Shown in pieces: positions 36,980 through 45,310 of a stretch of 45,310 nucleotides of DNA. Where the stretch lies: the NCBI GenBank assembly GCA_964202425.1, contig CAXNHY010000001.1, forward strand, positions 1 through 45,310. The letters are read 5' to 3'. A model generated the notes under the pieces. That model saw only the letters and a program-made list of their open reading frames with translations. It was not told where the DNA came from and did no database searches. The translations under genes were made by a program, and so were the position numbers. Each line of letters begins with the position of its first letter. The stretch's first letter is position 1. The DNA comes from Microbacteriaceae bacterium MWH-Ta3 (GTDB lineage Bacteria > Actinomycetota > Actinomycetes > Actinomycetales > Microbacteriaceae).

Positions 36980-38842
36980 TTACGCGACTGCGGACGGTAC
37001 GTCCACATTTTTGCGAGTTTTCGCGGCACCAGCATCCCTCTGCAACGGGATTGCCCCGGTGAGTCGGTATTCCGTCGGTGTGACGGTGAGATGCCTATCG
37101 ATTAGCACCGACTCGACAAGTTCAGAACCGACCCCACCCCTCGAACTCGCGGCACGCGTGCCCTTCGTGGCTTCTCCCATCGTCGCAGCCAAGTTATCGT
37201 CCCCTTCAACGTTCACACGCGAGTTTGTTAAACACATTTCGACGCGATCCCCTGTTGCGGTGAGCACCAGGTTCACGTGCTCCGCCCGTCCGTGCTTGAC
37301 CGCGTTCACGACAAACTCCGTGAGAATCTCCCTTGTCACGGCAAGACAAATCGGGTCAGAGTTGATGGCGCGTCGAGTATTGTCGGCACATTCGAACTCC
37401 AGCGCGAGGAATGAACCCCATCGGTCGTTCAATACCTCGCGAAACAATTCGAGCGTTGCACCCATTTGCGGTGTTCCGATTCGACTAGGAACGTCTCGGA
37501 GCAAGTCCTGGACTTCTGCGACAACCGTCTCCACGTCGTCATCAGCGTCGATCGCTCGTTGCATTCGCAACTGGGCGACGAGGACAAGCGACTGTACCTC
37601 TCCGTGAAGAAAGGTGGCCAGGTTTCGTTGTTCAACCCACGCTTGGCAGTTGATCCGCGCGATTTTCCATTCGAGGAGCTTCGCGGAGGCGGCGAACTCG
37701 GCCAACGCTTTTTGGCGTGCGAGCGCAAACCCACCCATCGCCGCACTTGTGCCGAAGAAAACCCACCCGAGAACAAAGCTGAAGCCAGCAGCCCACATTG
37801 CGTATGACGATCCCCCCAATACGAAATACATGAACACACTGATGGGCAGAAGGCTCAGGTTGTAAACGGCCCCGACAATGAAAATGCGCCAGCGGAAGCG
37901 ACGTTTCGATATGTACGGCACGAGGGTGTACTGCGAGGCAAGGTGGACGAGACCCAAAGCAGTAATCACGAAGATTGCCCAGAATCGTTCCGTCCAGTTC
38001 AGTACCGAGACGAAGACGGGCGCATCGATGAGGATACTTGCCCAAATGTATAAACCGGGGCGGAACGGGTTCGTTCGAGTCGCAATATCTAACGTCGAAA
38101 AGATACTCACCCTGACCGGTGAGATTTCAAATTCGCCGCCCCTGTAGCGGGGCGTTGCTCCCGAGAGGTCTGCGCTCATTGGCCGAATCACGGCCTCGGT
38201 CACGCGCCTTAACTCGCTGAGTTGATCGCTTGCAACCCTATTTTCGCGGACCTTGCTGTCGATAAATGGTGCGAAAGCCTTGCGCAACTGGCCACTAACG
38301 ACATCGATAAGTGCTCGACGGGTTTTTTCCAACGCCCTATCCGACCACTCAATTGCTTCTGCCAATTGAGCCTTGACGCGCTTGACCTCGGCAACACTGG
38401 CAGCGTGGCTGCGGGCAGCTCCAACAAAGTTAGCGACAACTGTAAACATCACCGCTGACGTGATCAGTGCCGTCGCGAGTCGAGCAGATTGATCAGTGAT
38501 GAAGGCGACAGTTGAGCCGGGCGCGGCGATTAGCATAATTTCTCGGGAGAATCCAGTCACAACGTATGTCGCGATGACAAGCACAGCTCGTGTCAGTGAT
38601 ACTCGGGGAGCAATGCGGTTGACGACGAACCCACAAATGCTGAAGATAATCCATGCGACCATACCCATGACGCAGACCACCGCCAAGTATCCGAGAAATT
38701 CTTCGGGACGAGTCGCAAGCACTGTTACCAGCCGGTTTACCGTAAGAAGAAACATCACCGTGAGAATCACCGGCTGGCTGAGCGCGTCAGGCCCGAAAAG
38801 CCTCTGAACGGAGAGAGACGCCTGTGAAAAAGCCCTCACCAT
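36980..38842 (-). CDS. Multi-pass membrane sensor histidine kinase-like protein (HisKA_3 type, divergent HATPase)
   Basis: Two TM blocks, H-box-like LATFLHGEVQS, N-box EFVVNAVKHG, G2-like GGVGS; 8 nt downstream of the response regulator gene. Confidence 0.8.
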   Translation of the reverse strand: MVRAFSQASLSVQRLFGPDALSQPVILTVMFLLTVNRLVTVLATRPEEFLGYLAVVCVMGMVAWIIFSICGFVVNRIAPRVSLTRAVLVIATYVVTGFSREIMLIAAPGSTVAFITDQSARLATALITSAVMFTVVANFVGAARSHAASVAEVKRVKAQLAEAIEWSDRALEKTRRALIDVVSGQLRKAFAPFIDSKVRENRVASDQLSELRRVTEAVIRPMSADLSGATPRYRGGEFEISPVRVSIFSTLDIATRTNPFRPGLYIWASILIDAPVFVSVLNWTERFWAIFVITALGLVHLASQYTLVPYISKRRFRWRIFIVGAVYNLSLLPISVFMYFVLGGSSYAMWAAGFSFVLGWVFFGTSAAMGGFALARQKALAEFAASAKLLEWKIARINCQAWVEQRNLATFLHGEVQSLVLVAQLRMQRAIDADDDVETVVAEVQDLLRDVPSRIGTPQMGATLELFREVLNDRWGSFLALEFECADNTRRAINSDPICLAVTREILTEFVVNAVKHGRAEHVNLVLTATGDRVEMCLTNSRVNVEGDDNLAATMGEATKGTRAASSRGGVGSELVESVLIDRHLTVTPTEYRLTGAIPLQRDAGAAKTRKNVDVPSAVA

Positions 38843-38850
38843 GGTAATCG

Positions 38851-39519
38851 TTAGCGCAGCGTTTCTCTGTTGTTGTCGCGAGACAGCAACTCAAGAACGG
38901 CAGTAACTCGACGGTTCTTCCCCTCAGGGATACCCAGCGTTTCATATACCTGAATCAGGTGATTTCCTACGGCATTTTCAGAGATATCGAGATTCTGAGC
39001 GATAGTGAGGTTGCTGTCTCCCTCTGCGACCCCCCGCAAAACTTCGAGCTGGCGCTTAGTGAGCTTGGAAACACCCTGTGGTTTCGATATATCAACTCGG
39101 TCAAGAAGAGTCGGGTCAATGACGGTTTGGCCGTTGACGGCTGACCGAAGCGCACGTGCAATCACCGTTGCAGACCGAGTTGTCGCTTTCGACAGGTAAC
39201 CCCATTTCGATCGCGTCGCCTCTGGTACTTGAAGGAAGGCGTCCAATTCGTTGACTGCCGACAAGAACACAACACCCATAGCCGGGTTTTCCTTCGACAT
39301 TGTGATGCCAAGGCCAATTCCATTGCCATCAGGAAGGTCAATGTCGAGTACCACGGCGTCGAGGTCAGCTGGAACGAACCACTTCTTGGCTTCGCTTACC
39401 GACTCAGCTGTCGCGACGACTTTCATGTCATCCAACTCGTTGAGGATGGTTTCAATTTGAGCAAGTACGAGTGGGTGGTCGTCAACCACTCCGATTCTCA
39501 GTACTTTCTCGACGGTCAT
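38851..39519 (-). CDS. NarL/FixJ-family response regulator (REC + LuxR HTH)
   Basis: VVDDH, phospho-acceptor LDIDLP, FLSA, GYLSK, LTKRQLEVL..VAEG.SN..IA. Confidence 0.93.
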   Translation of the reverse strand: MTVEKVLRIGVVDDHPLVLAQIETILNELDDMKVVATAESVSEAKKWFVPADLDAVVLDIDLPDGNGIGLGITMSKENPAMGVVFLSAVNELDAFLQVPEATRSKWGYLSKATTRSATVIARALRSAVNGQTVIDPTLLDRVDISKPQGVSKLTKRQLEVLRGVAEGDSNLTIAQNLDISENAVGNHLIQVYETLGIPEGKNRRVTAVLELLSRDNNRETLR

Positions 39520-39543
39520 GCCTTATATTATGTCAATGGTTGC

Positions 39544-39579
39544 TGGGTTATTGTCACCCTTTGAAGGGAAAAACACCTC
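39544..39579. promoter_or_regulatory. Candidate regulator binding site, copy 2
   Basis: TGGGTT-att-GTCACC-N5-AAGGGA-AAAA-CACCTC in the divergent promoter region of the response regulator and the alphaCTD-like gene. Confidence 0.5.
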
Positions 39580-39640
39580 TTTATCCGCGAAGTACATCCT
39601 CTTTTGCGCTAACCTGTCAGCCAAAACCTAAACTGGGAGC

Positions 39641-39922
39641 ATGTCCAACAAGCCGAAGCCGAAGCGCCCCCGCGCACGGAACGCGGTGGCGTGGACAGGG
39701 AGCACGCCCGACTACGAATCGCTCGGCGTCGAGTGGCGGGCAATTGGACTGAGCTCTCCAGCGCGTCGCGCTCTCGTTGACGCAAAGCTCTACCGGGTGT
39801 CTGACCTTCGAAAGATCTCATTGACGGAGCTAGCGGCAATGCACGGGATGGGGAAATCTGCAATCGCCCGGCTCAAGGTCATCATGGAAGCGAAACGGAT
39901 TCGGTTCCTCGACCAGTTCTAG
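39641..39922 (+). CDS. Small helix-hairpin-helix protein resembling the RNA polymerase alpha C-terminal domain
   Basis: GLSSPARRAL..A.....DL......EL..MHGMGKSAI..L matches the alphaCTD/HhH pattern; TAAACT-N6-ATG start. Confidence 0.75.
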   Translation: MSNKPKPKRPRARNAVAWTGSTPDYESLGVEWRAIGLSSPARRALVDAKLYRVSDLRKISLTELAAMHGMGKSAIARLKVIMEAKRIRFLDQF

Positions 39923-39939
39923 CCCAGCCCGGCTCCGCA

Positions 39940-40716
39940 TTACTCCCGAAAGACGTTGACGAATGCGTCGAGTGCCGCACCGGATTTACCGGATGCCCAG
40001 CCCTCTAGACCTACGACCCTGTCGAATCCGAGTGACGTGAGTTCGTGGGCGATTCGTGAGTAATTGATTTCCCCCGTGCCTGGCTCTAGCCGGCCGGGAA
40101 CATCCGCGACTTGAATCTCGCCTATCCACGGAAAGGCCTGGCGAATGAGTTCAACTAGGTTTCCTTCACCGATCTGAGCGTGATACAAATCGAGGTTCAG
40201 CTGGAGGTGTGGGCTGTCGATGCTCGACACCAGCTCGATCGTGTCTTCCGCCCGCCCGAACGGCGTGCCCGGGTGGTCGACAAGGAGATTGAGATTCTCA
40301 AGCATGAACGTTGCCCCGAATTTGGCCCCAAGATCAGCCAGTTTCGAGAGTGTGTCGCGGGCCGTCACGCGTTCGGCGGCGGTGATCGAATGGCGCTGGC
40401 GAATTGCGCGGCCGTTACTGTCCAACCCTGTTCCGTGCACGTTGAGCCTGGCGCAATCGATGATTCGTGATGCCTCAATTGATTCGCGAGCGGATTCGAG
40501 GAACCGCTCGATGCCATCCTCTTCGAGCAAGTCTCCTTCGATGTAGCCGGTCATCGACTGGAAGGTCGCCCCCGTTTCCGCAAGTTCGTGGAGGTCCTTG
40601 GTTGTCCAATCCCAAATCTCGACCCCGAGCCCGCGAGCATGGATCTTCTCGACACGCTCGACGAACGGCAGATTCGTGTAAAGCATTTCCGCCGAGGCGG
40701 CTAACTGGTATGGCAC
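39940..40716 (-). CDS. Hydroxypyruvate isomerase-like TIM barrel (Hyi / xylose isomerase-like)
   Basis: LENLN..VDHPG, LNLDLYHAQIGEGN, EIQVADVPGR.EPGTGEINY, VGLE. Confidence 0.88.
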   Translation of the reverse strand: MPYQLAASAEMLYTNLPFVERVEKIHARGLGVEIWDWTTKDLHELAETGATFQSMTGYIEGDLLEEDGIERFLESARESIEASRIIDCARLNVHGTGLDSNGRAIRQRHSITAAERVTARDTLSKLADLGAKFGATFMLENLNLLVDHPGTPFGRAEDTIELVSSIDSPHLQLNLDLYHAQIGEGNLVELIRQAFPWIGEIQVADVPGRLEPGTGEINYSRIAHELTSLGFDRVVGLEGWASGKSGAALDAFVNVFRE

Positions 40717-40758
40717 GGGAGCCCTCTCGCTGTTAGGGCTAACCTAACGCAACGCGCG

Positions 40759-42099
40759 TCACACGATTTCGTAGTCGTCGAGTAGGTCCGTGACAAGTGC
40801 GGCAATATCGCTTCGCTCGCTGCGCTGAAGAGTGATGTGCCCGAAGAGCGACTGCCCCTTGAGCGCCTCGATGACGCTCGCGATTCCGTCGTGACGACCG
40901 ACTCGAAGATTGTCGCGCTGAGCCACATCGTGAGTGAGGACAACGCGCGAGTTCTGCCCGATACGGCTGAGAACCGTGAGGAGAACGTTCCGCTCAAGCG
41001 ACTGGGCTTCGTCGACAATGACAAACGCGTCGTGGAGCGAGCGCCCGCGGATGTGAGTGAGAGGCAAGACCTCAATGAGTCCGCGTTCAAAAACCTCTTC
41101 CATGACGTTGTCACTGACAACTGATCCGAGAGTGTCAAACGTGGCTTGCGCCCACGGGTTCATCTTTTCGTCCGCGTCGCCCGGCAGAAACCCGAGCTCC
41201 TGTCCTCCCACCGCGTACAGCGGGCGGAACACCATGATCTTCTTGTGCGCTCTGCGCTCAAGCACGGCTTCCAGTCCGGCGCAGAGTGCAAGCGCGCTCT
41301 TTCCTGTTCCTGCCCGACCACCGAGGGAAACAATGCCAATTGTTGGGTCGAGAAGCATGTCGATCGCCAAACGCTGTTCTGCGCTTCTACCGTGCAACCC
41401 GAACGCGTCGCGGTCGCCCTTGACGAGTGTCACGAGCCCCTTGCCCATCACACGACCGAGAGCACTGCCTCGCTCCGAGTGAATGATGAGGTTTGTGTTG
41501 ACGGGAAGGTCGTTCGCCACCGGTGTGACGATCGACTCGGCGTCATAGAACTTTTGCATGTCAGATCCGGAGAGGGAGATTTCGGTCGAGCCTGTCCAAC
41601 CCGAGTCGGTTGCGAGCTCAGCCCGATACTCCTCGGCCGCGAGACCAATGCTCGACGCCTTGACGCGCATGGGGAGGTCTTTCGAGACGACGACAACGTC
41701 GTTGCCCTCCTGCGACAGGTTGAGTGCGACAGAGAGGATTCGCGTGTCGTTGTCGCCGAGGCGAAGGCCAGATGGCAAAGCTGCATCGCTCGTGTGATTC
41801 AGTTCAACCCGAAGCGTTCCACCATCGCCAACTGAAATCGGCATGTCGAGTCGTTCGTGCTTCGCACGAAGATCATCGAGGTAGCGCAGCGCTTGGCGGG
41901 CAAAATAGCCAATCTCTGGGTCGTGCCGCTTCTTCTCGAGTTCTGAGACAACTACGACTGGAAGGACCACTTCGTGTTCAGCAAATCGAAACAGTGCGCG
42001 CGGGTCAGAGAGCAAAACCGAAGTGTCAAGAACATAGGTTCGCTGCGCGGTTGACGATTTGCGTTTCGCTGTGACTTTCGGCGAAGAAGTGGAAGGCAC
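40759..42099 (-). CDS. PIN-PhoH family protein (PhoH2-like RNase/ATPase)
   Basis: PIN motifs [14 protein letters not shown] and SKD..MR.KA; P-loop [24 protein letters not shown]. Confidence 0.93.
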   Translation of the reverse strand: MPSTSSPKVTAKRKSSTAQRTYVLDTSVLLSDPRALFRFAEHEVVLPVVVVSELEKKRHDPEIGYFARQALRYLDDLRAKHERLDMPISVGDGGTLRVELNHTSDAALPSGLRLGDNDTRILSVALNLSQEGNDVVVVSKDLPMRVKASSIGLAAEEYRAELATDSGWTGSTEISLSGSDMQKFYDAESIVTPVANDLPVNTNLIIHSERGSALGRVMGKGLVTLVKGDRDAFGLHGRSAEQRLAIDMLLDPTIGIVSLGGRAGTGKSALALCAGLEAVLERRAHKKIMVFRPLYAVGGQELGFLPGDADEKMNPWAQATFDTLGSVVSDNVMEEVFERGLIEVLPLTHIRGRSLHDAFVIVDEAQSLERNVLLTVLSRIGQNSRVVLTHDVAQRDNLRVGRHDGIASVIEALKGQSLFGHITLQRSERSDIAALVTDLLDDYEIV

Positions 42100-42251
42100 G
42101 TGAGCTCCGTTCGACTGTTGGTTTCAAACCAGTGGAGTTTCGGCCCGGTGTGGCCTTGACGCCACGGATTTAGTTCATGCCATTCACCGTAAGCCCGCGC
42201 GTGTCGCGTGAAACGAATGACACGCCGAGTGGGGAAACGTTTACAAAGTGT

Positions 42252-43031
42252 TCACGAGCCGAAGCGTCGTTGGCGTCGAGTGAAGTCACGGAGCGCGCGC
42301 AAAACATCGATTTCGCGAAGGTCAGGGCCGAGCGCTTCAACGAAGTACAACTCGGTGTGCGCTGACTGCCACAGCATGAAATCGGAGATGCGCTGCTCCC
42401 CCGAAGTTCGAATCACGAGGTCGAGGTCGGGCTGTCCAGCCGTGTAGAGATGAGCGGCGATGTTCTCGAGGGTGATGTCTTCCGCGAGAGTGTCAATGCC
42501 TCTCCCCTTGACCTCGTGTTCGCGGATGATGTCGCGCACTGCCTCGGTGATTTCGTGGCGACCGCCGTAACCCACGGCGAGATTGATGTGAAGCCCGTCT
42601 CGATTGGCCGTTTCGGCTGTCACACGCGTGAGTGCGTCGGCGAGCTGATCAGGAATTCGTGCCACATCACCAACGTGGTGGATCTTCCAGTCGGGGACTT
42701 CTGCGAGGTCGGCCGCAAGGTCGGCAATGATCTCGGTGAGGTCGGTGATCTCTTGAGAGTTTCGATTCGTCACGTTGTCCGTTGACATTAAATACAGCGT
42801 GACAACCTTGACGCCAGCTTCGTCACACCAGTTGAGAAACACGAGCATTCGGTCTGCGCCGGCGCGGTGGCCTTCTGCGACGGAAACGCCGTCTTGGCGG
42901 TTGGCCCATCTCCGATTGCCGTCAACAATCATGCCGACGTGCCGAGGTGGTTCCACCGTTCGAAGCTGTGCTCTGAGGCGACGGGCATACAGTCCGTAAA
43001 GAACAGCCTTGACGCGCTCGCGCAACGACAT
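42252..43031 (-). CDS. Short-chain cis-isoprenyl diphosphate synthase (UppS family)
   Basis: HVGMIVDGNRRWA, S.DN, AVGYGGR.EI, DLVIRTSGEQRISDF.LWQ. Confidence 0.93.
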   Translation of the reverse strand: MSLRERVKAVLYGLYARRLRAQLRTVEPPRHVGMIVDGNRRWANRQDGVSVAEGHRAGADRMLVFLNWCDEAGVKVVTLYLMSTDNVTNRNSQEITDLTEIIADLAADLAEVPDWKIHHVGDVARIPDQLADALTRVTAETANRDGLHINLAVGYGGRHEITEAVRDIIREHEVKGRGIDTLAEDITLENIAAHLYTAGQPDLDLVIRTSGEQRISDFMLWQSAHTELYFVEALGPDLREIDVLRALRDFTRRQRRFGS

Positions 43032-43264
43032 TATGAGTTTCCGGTTTCCTTATCGATCGACTCGATCAACTCGTCAACGGCCTGCTCAGCATCGACATTC
43101 ATCCGCGCTTCTTCGCGGTATCGCAATCGACGGATGCGGCGAACGAGGTCGAGTGCGAGGAACATGACAGCGATTCCAACACCCGCGGTGGCAAGAAAGC
43201 CGACGACGCCGGGGGTCACCCCGTTCGGGTCGATTTCTACCGCAGCGTGAAGCAGTGTCGTCAT
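43031..43264 (-). CDS. Small single-TM hypothetical protein
   Basis: VTPGVVGF + TM + D.VRRIRR.RYR; GGAG RBS; the stop overlaps the start of the prenyltransferase gene. Confidence 0.75.
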   Translation of the reverse strand: MTTLLHAAVEIDPNGVTPGVVGFLATAGVGIAVMFLALDLVRRIRRLRYREEARMNVDAEQAVDELIESIDKETGNS

Positions 43265-43309
43265 GGTTCTCTCCGTTCGCGTAGCCTAAATACAGGATAC
43301 CGAGCAACC

Positions 43310-43705
43310 ATGACACAACCGACAGACTACGAATCGCGATACGGAATACACCGCCGTCGCGACTTCCGGGTTGTGTGGATTCTGGCCGTCACGCTGTTGG
43401 TCTCTTTCGCGGGTTGGTCGGTGTGGGCTCTCAGTTCTGACCGGTCGTTCGGTCTCGAATGGGTGGCGTTTGAATCTGAGACAGGCGGCACAGTAGCGAG
43501 CGTGACGTGGAACGTCACCGCCCCCGTCGGCACCGAGGTGTCGTGTGCCATTCGAACCGTAGCGCCATCCATGTCGACCAACGGATGGCGGATCGTCAAT
43601 CTGCCAGCGTCGACGACCTCGACATCGACTCATCGAGAGACGGTCAGGGCCGTCGGCGAAACACGCGGGATTGAAGTGTATTCCTGCTGGCGAACGACCT
43701 TCTAA
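43310..43705 (+). CDS. DUF4307 domain protein
   Basis: RYG N-terminus, single TM, C...A and terminal CW; usual neighbour of greA. Start ATG 43310. Confidence 0.78.
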   Translation: MTQPTDYESRYGIHRRRDFRVVWILAVTLLVSFAGWSVWALSSDRSFGLEWVAFESETGGTVASVTWNVTAPVGTEVSCAIRTVAPSMSTNGWRIVNLPASTTSTSTHRETVRAVGETRGIEVYSCWRTTF

Positions 43706-43768
43706 TCCGTCAATTCGACTGGGTAGTCGACATTATTCTTGTAGCTACGTCCAATTAGGGGGAATACC

Positions 43769-44245
43769 ATGGCATCGATGTGGCTGACGCAAGAAGCGTT
43801 CGATCGACTCGCGCTCGAACTCGAAACGCTCTCGTCGACCGGTCGTGCGGAGATCGTCAAGAGAATCGAAGCCGCTCGCTCCGAGGGTGACCTGAAGGAA
43901 AACGGCGGCTACCACGCTGCCAAAGACGAGCAAGGCAAAATCGAAGCCCGCATCCGTGAGCTCACCGCGATGCTGGAGAACTCCCACGTTGGAGCTGAGC
44001 CCGTGGACGCGTCGCGCGTTGCACCAGGCACTGTTGTCACCGCGCACATTCACGGAGACGAGGAGCGATTCCTTCTTGGCTCACGCGAGATTGCGGGAGA
44101 CACCGACCTCGATGTCTACAGCGAGCACAGTCCGCTCGGCGAAGCGATCCTCGGACTTGAAGCCGGCGATGCAACAACCTTCACAGCGCCGACGGGTGCC
44201 ATCATCGCCGTCGAGATTCTGTCAATCGAACCGTTCGTCGGTTAG
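43769..44245 (+). CDS. greA: Transcription elongation factor GreA
   Basis: WLTQEA..RL..EL, AR.EGDLKENGGYHAAKDEQ, YS..SPLG.A. Confidence 0.96.
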   Translation: MASMWLTQEAFDRLALELETLSSTGRAEIVKRIEAARSEGDLKENGGYHAAKDEQGKIEARIRELTAMLENSHVGAEPVDASRVAPGTVVTAHIHGDEERFLLGSREIAGDTDLDVYSEHSPLGEAILGLEAGDATTFTAPTGAIIAVEILSIEPFVG

Positions 44246-45310
44246 CTAGATTTCGACGCGAGGTTCGTAGCCTTCTGCACGAAGCGCATCGAGAACCTGG
44301 TCTGAGTGGTCTGGGCCACGGGTTTCGATATCAACCGACAGTTCGACCTGGCTGATTTGAAGGTCGGTTCCGTGCCGCGTGTGGAGCACTTCAATAACGT
44401 TCGCGTTTTGTCCTGCAACGATTTCTGCGACTCGCGCCAACTGACCTGGGCGGTCGGGAAGTGGGATTCGAATGTGCAGGTATCGCCCTGACGCGATGAG
44501 CCCTCGTGAAATCACGCGTTCCATGAGCTTCGGGTCGATGTTGCCGCCCGAAAGAATTACGTTCGTCGGTCCGGTTGCCGTGATCTTGCCGGCGAGGATC
44601 GCTGCGACACCCGCTGCACCCGCTGGTTCGACGACGAGCTTTGCCCGCTCGAGGAGCATGAGGAGAGCCCTTGCAATGTCGTCGTCACTGACGGTGACGA
44701 TCTCGTCGACCGTTTCCTGAATGATGGCGAACGGCAGAGCACCCGGCTTGGCAACGCTGATTCCGTCGGCGATTGTTGGCTTGACCGTGATTGACGTAGG
44801 AGCCCCGGCTTCGAGAGACGGAGGGTAAGCGGCGGCCTGCGCTGACTGAACCCCGATCACGCGGAACGGCCTTCCCTCTTCTGCTGCCTTTTGCTTCATC
44901 GCGGACGCAACGCCGGCAATGAGCCCGCCCCCGCCGACAGGAATGATGACCGTTTCAACGTCGGGAACCTGGTCCCAGATTTCAAGCCCAACGGTTCCCT
45001 GCCCAGCAATCACATCGTGATTGTCGAAAGGCGGAATGAAGATTGCGCCCGACTTCTCTGCGAAATCCTTGGCTGCTTCGAGTGCTTCATTGAAGATGAC
45101 ACCTCGAAGAACGACATCGGCGCCGTACGCCTTGGTTGCTTGCAGTTTCGGGAGCGCGACCCCAACCGGCATGAAGATTGTCGCGTGAATTCCCAGTTCG
45201 TGCGCTGCGAGCGCGACTCCCTGAGCGTGATTTCCGGCCGATGCCGCCACAACGCCGAGCGCGCGTTCGGCATCGCTGAGTTTGCTCATGCGGTTGTATG
45301 CACCGCGAAC
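44246..45310 (-). CDS. ilvA: Threonine ammonia-lyase with C-terminal ACT domain (5' end beyond the window)
   Basis: The frame stays open to the window end (...VRGAYNRMSK); ASAGNHAQG, GQGTVGLE, PVGGGGL, TIADG, VEPAGA, SGGNID, ACT PDRPGQL. Confidence 0.95.
   Translation of the reverse strand, partial: VRGAYNRMSKLSDAERALGVVAASAGNHAQGVALAAHELGIHATIFMPVGVALPKLQATKAYGADVVLRGVIFNEALEAAKDFAEKSGAIFIPPFDNHDVIAGQGTVGLEIWDQVPDVETVIIPVGGGGLIAGVASAMKQKAAEEGRPFRVIGVQSAQAAAYPPSLEAGAPTSITVKPTIADGISVAKPGALPFAIIQETVDEIVTVSDDDIARALLMLLERAKLVVEPAGAAGVAAILAGKITATGPTNVILSGGNIDPKLMERVISRGLIASGRYLHIRIPLPDRPGQLARVAEIVAGQNANVIEVLHTRHGTDLQISQVELSVDIETRGPDHSDQVLDALRAEGYEPRVEI

Noticed and set aside
35046-40758. Mobile element or prophage explanation for the accessory blocks
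   Set aside because: No integrase, transposase, phage gene, tRNA target or flanking direct repeat is visible.

Overview
This is a gene-dense chromosomal segment from a high-GC actinobacterium. Gene content and order suggest Microbacteriaceae, possibly a streamlined aquatic lineage (inference). The core backbone is: gcvT-gcvH-gcvP under a tandem glycine riboswitch, trkH/trkA, ychF, rmuC, glpX, fbaA, ispH, xseAB, DUF4245, beta carbonic anhydrase, fumC, PIN-PhoH, a cis-prenyltransferase, DUF4307, greA and ilvA. Three accessory-looking blocks interrupt it. (1) A string of small uncharacterised genes downstream of ychF. (2) An inositol-type catabolic cluster (GntR, ABC transporter, iolG, iolC, aldolase, iolA) with a visible repeated operator. 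It lacks iolE/iolD/iolB in this window and carries an RmlD-like reductase. (3) A block between fumC and phoH with heliorhodopsin-DoxX-YciI, a 61-aa leaderless ORF, an unusual duplicated-looking sensor kinase, a NarL-type regulator, a stand-alone alphaCTD-like protein and a Hyi-like isomerase; a shared DNA motif flanks the two-component pair. Many genes show a leaderless -10 signature. I found no rRNA, tRNA, CRISPR array or transposase. All family calls come from motif recognition by eye, not database searches.
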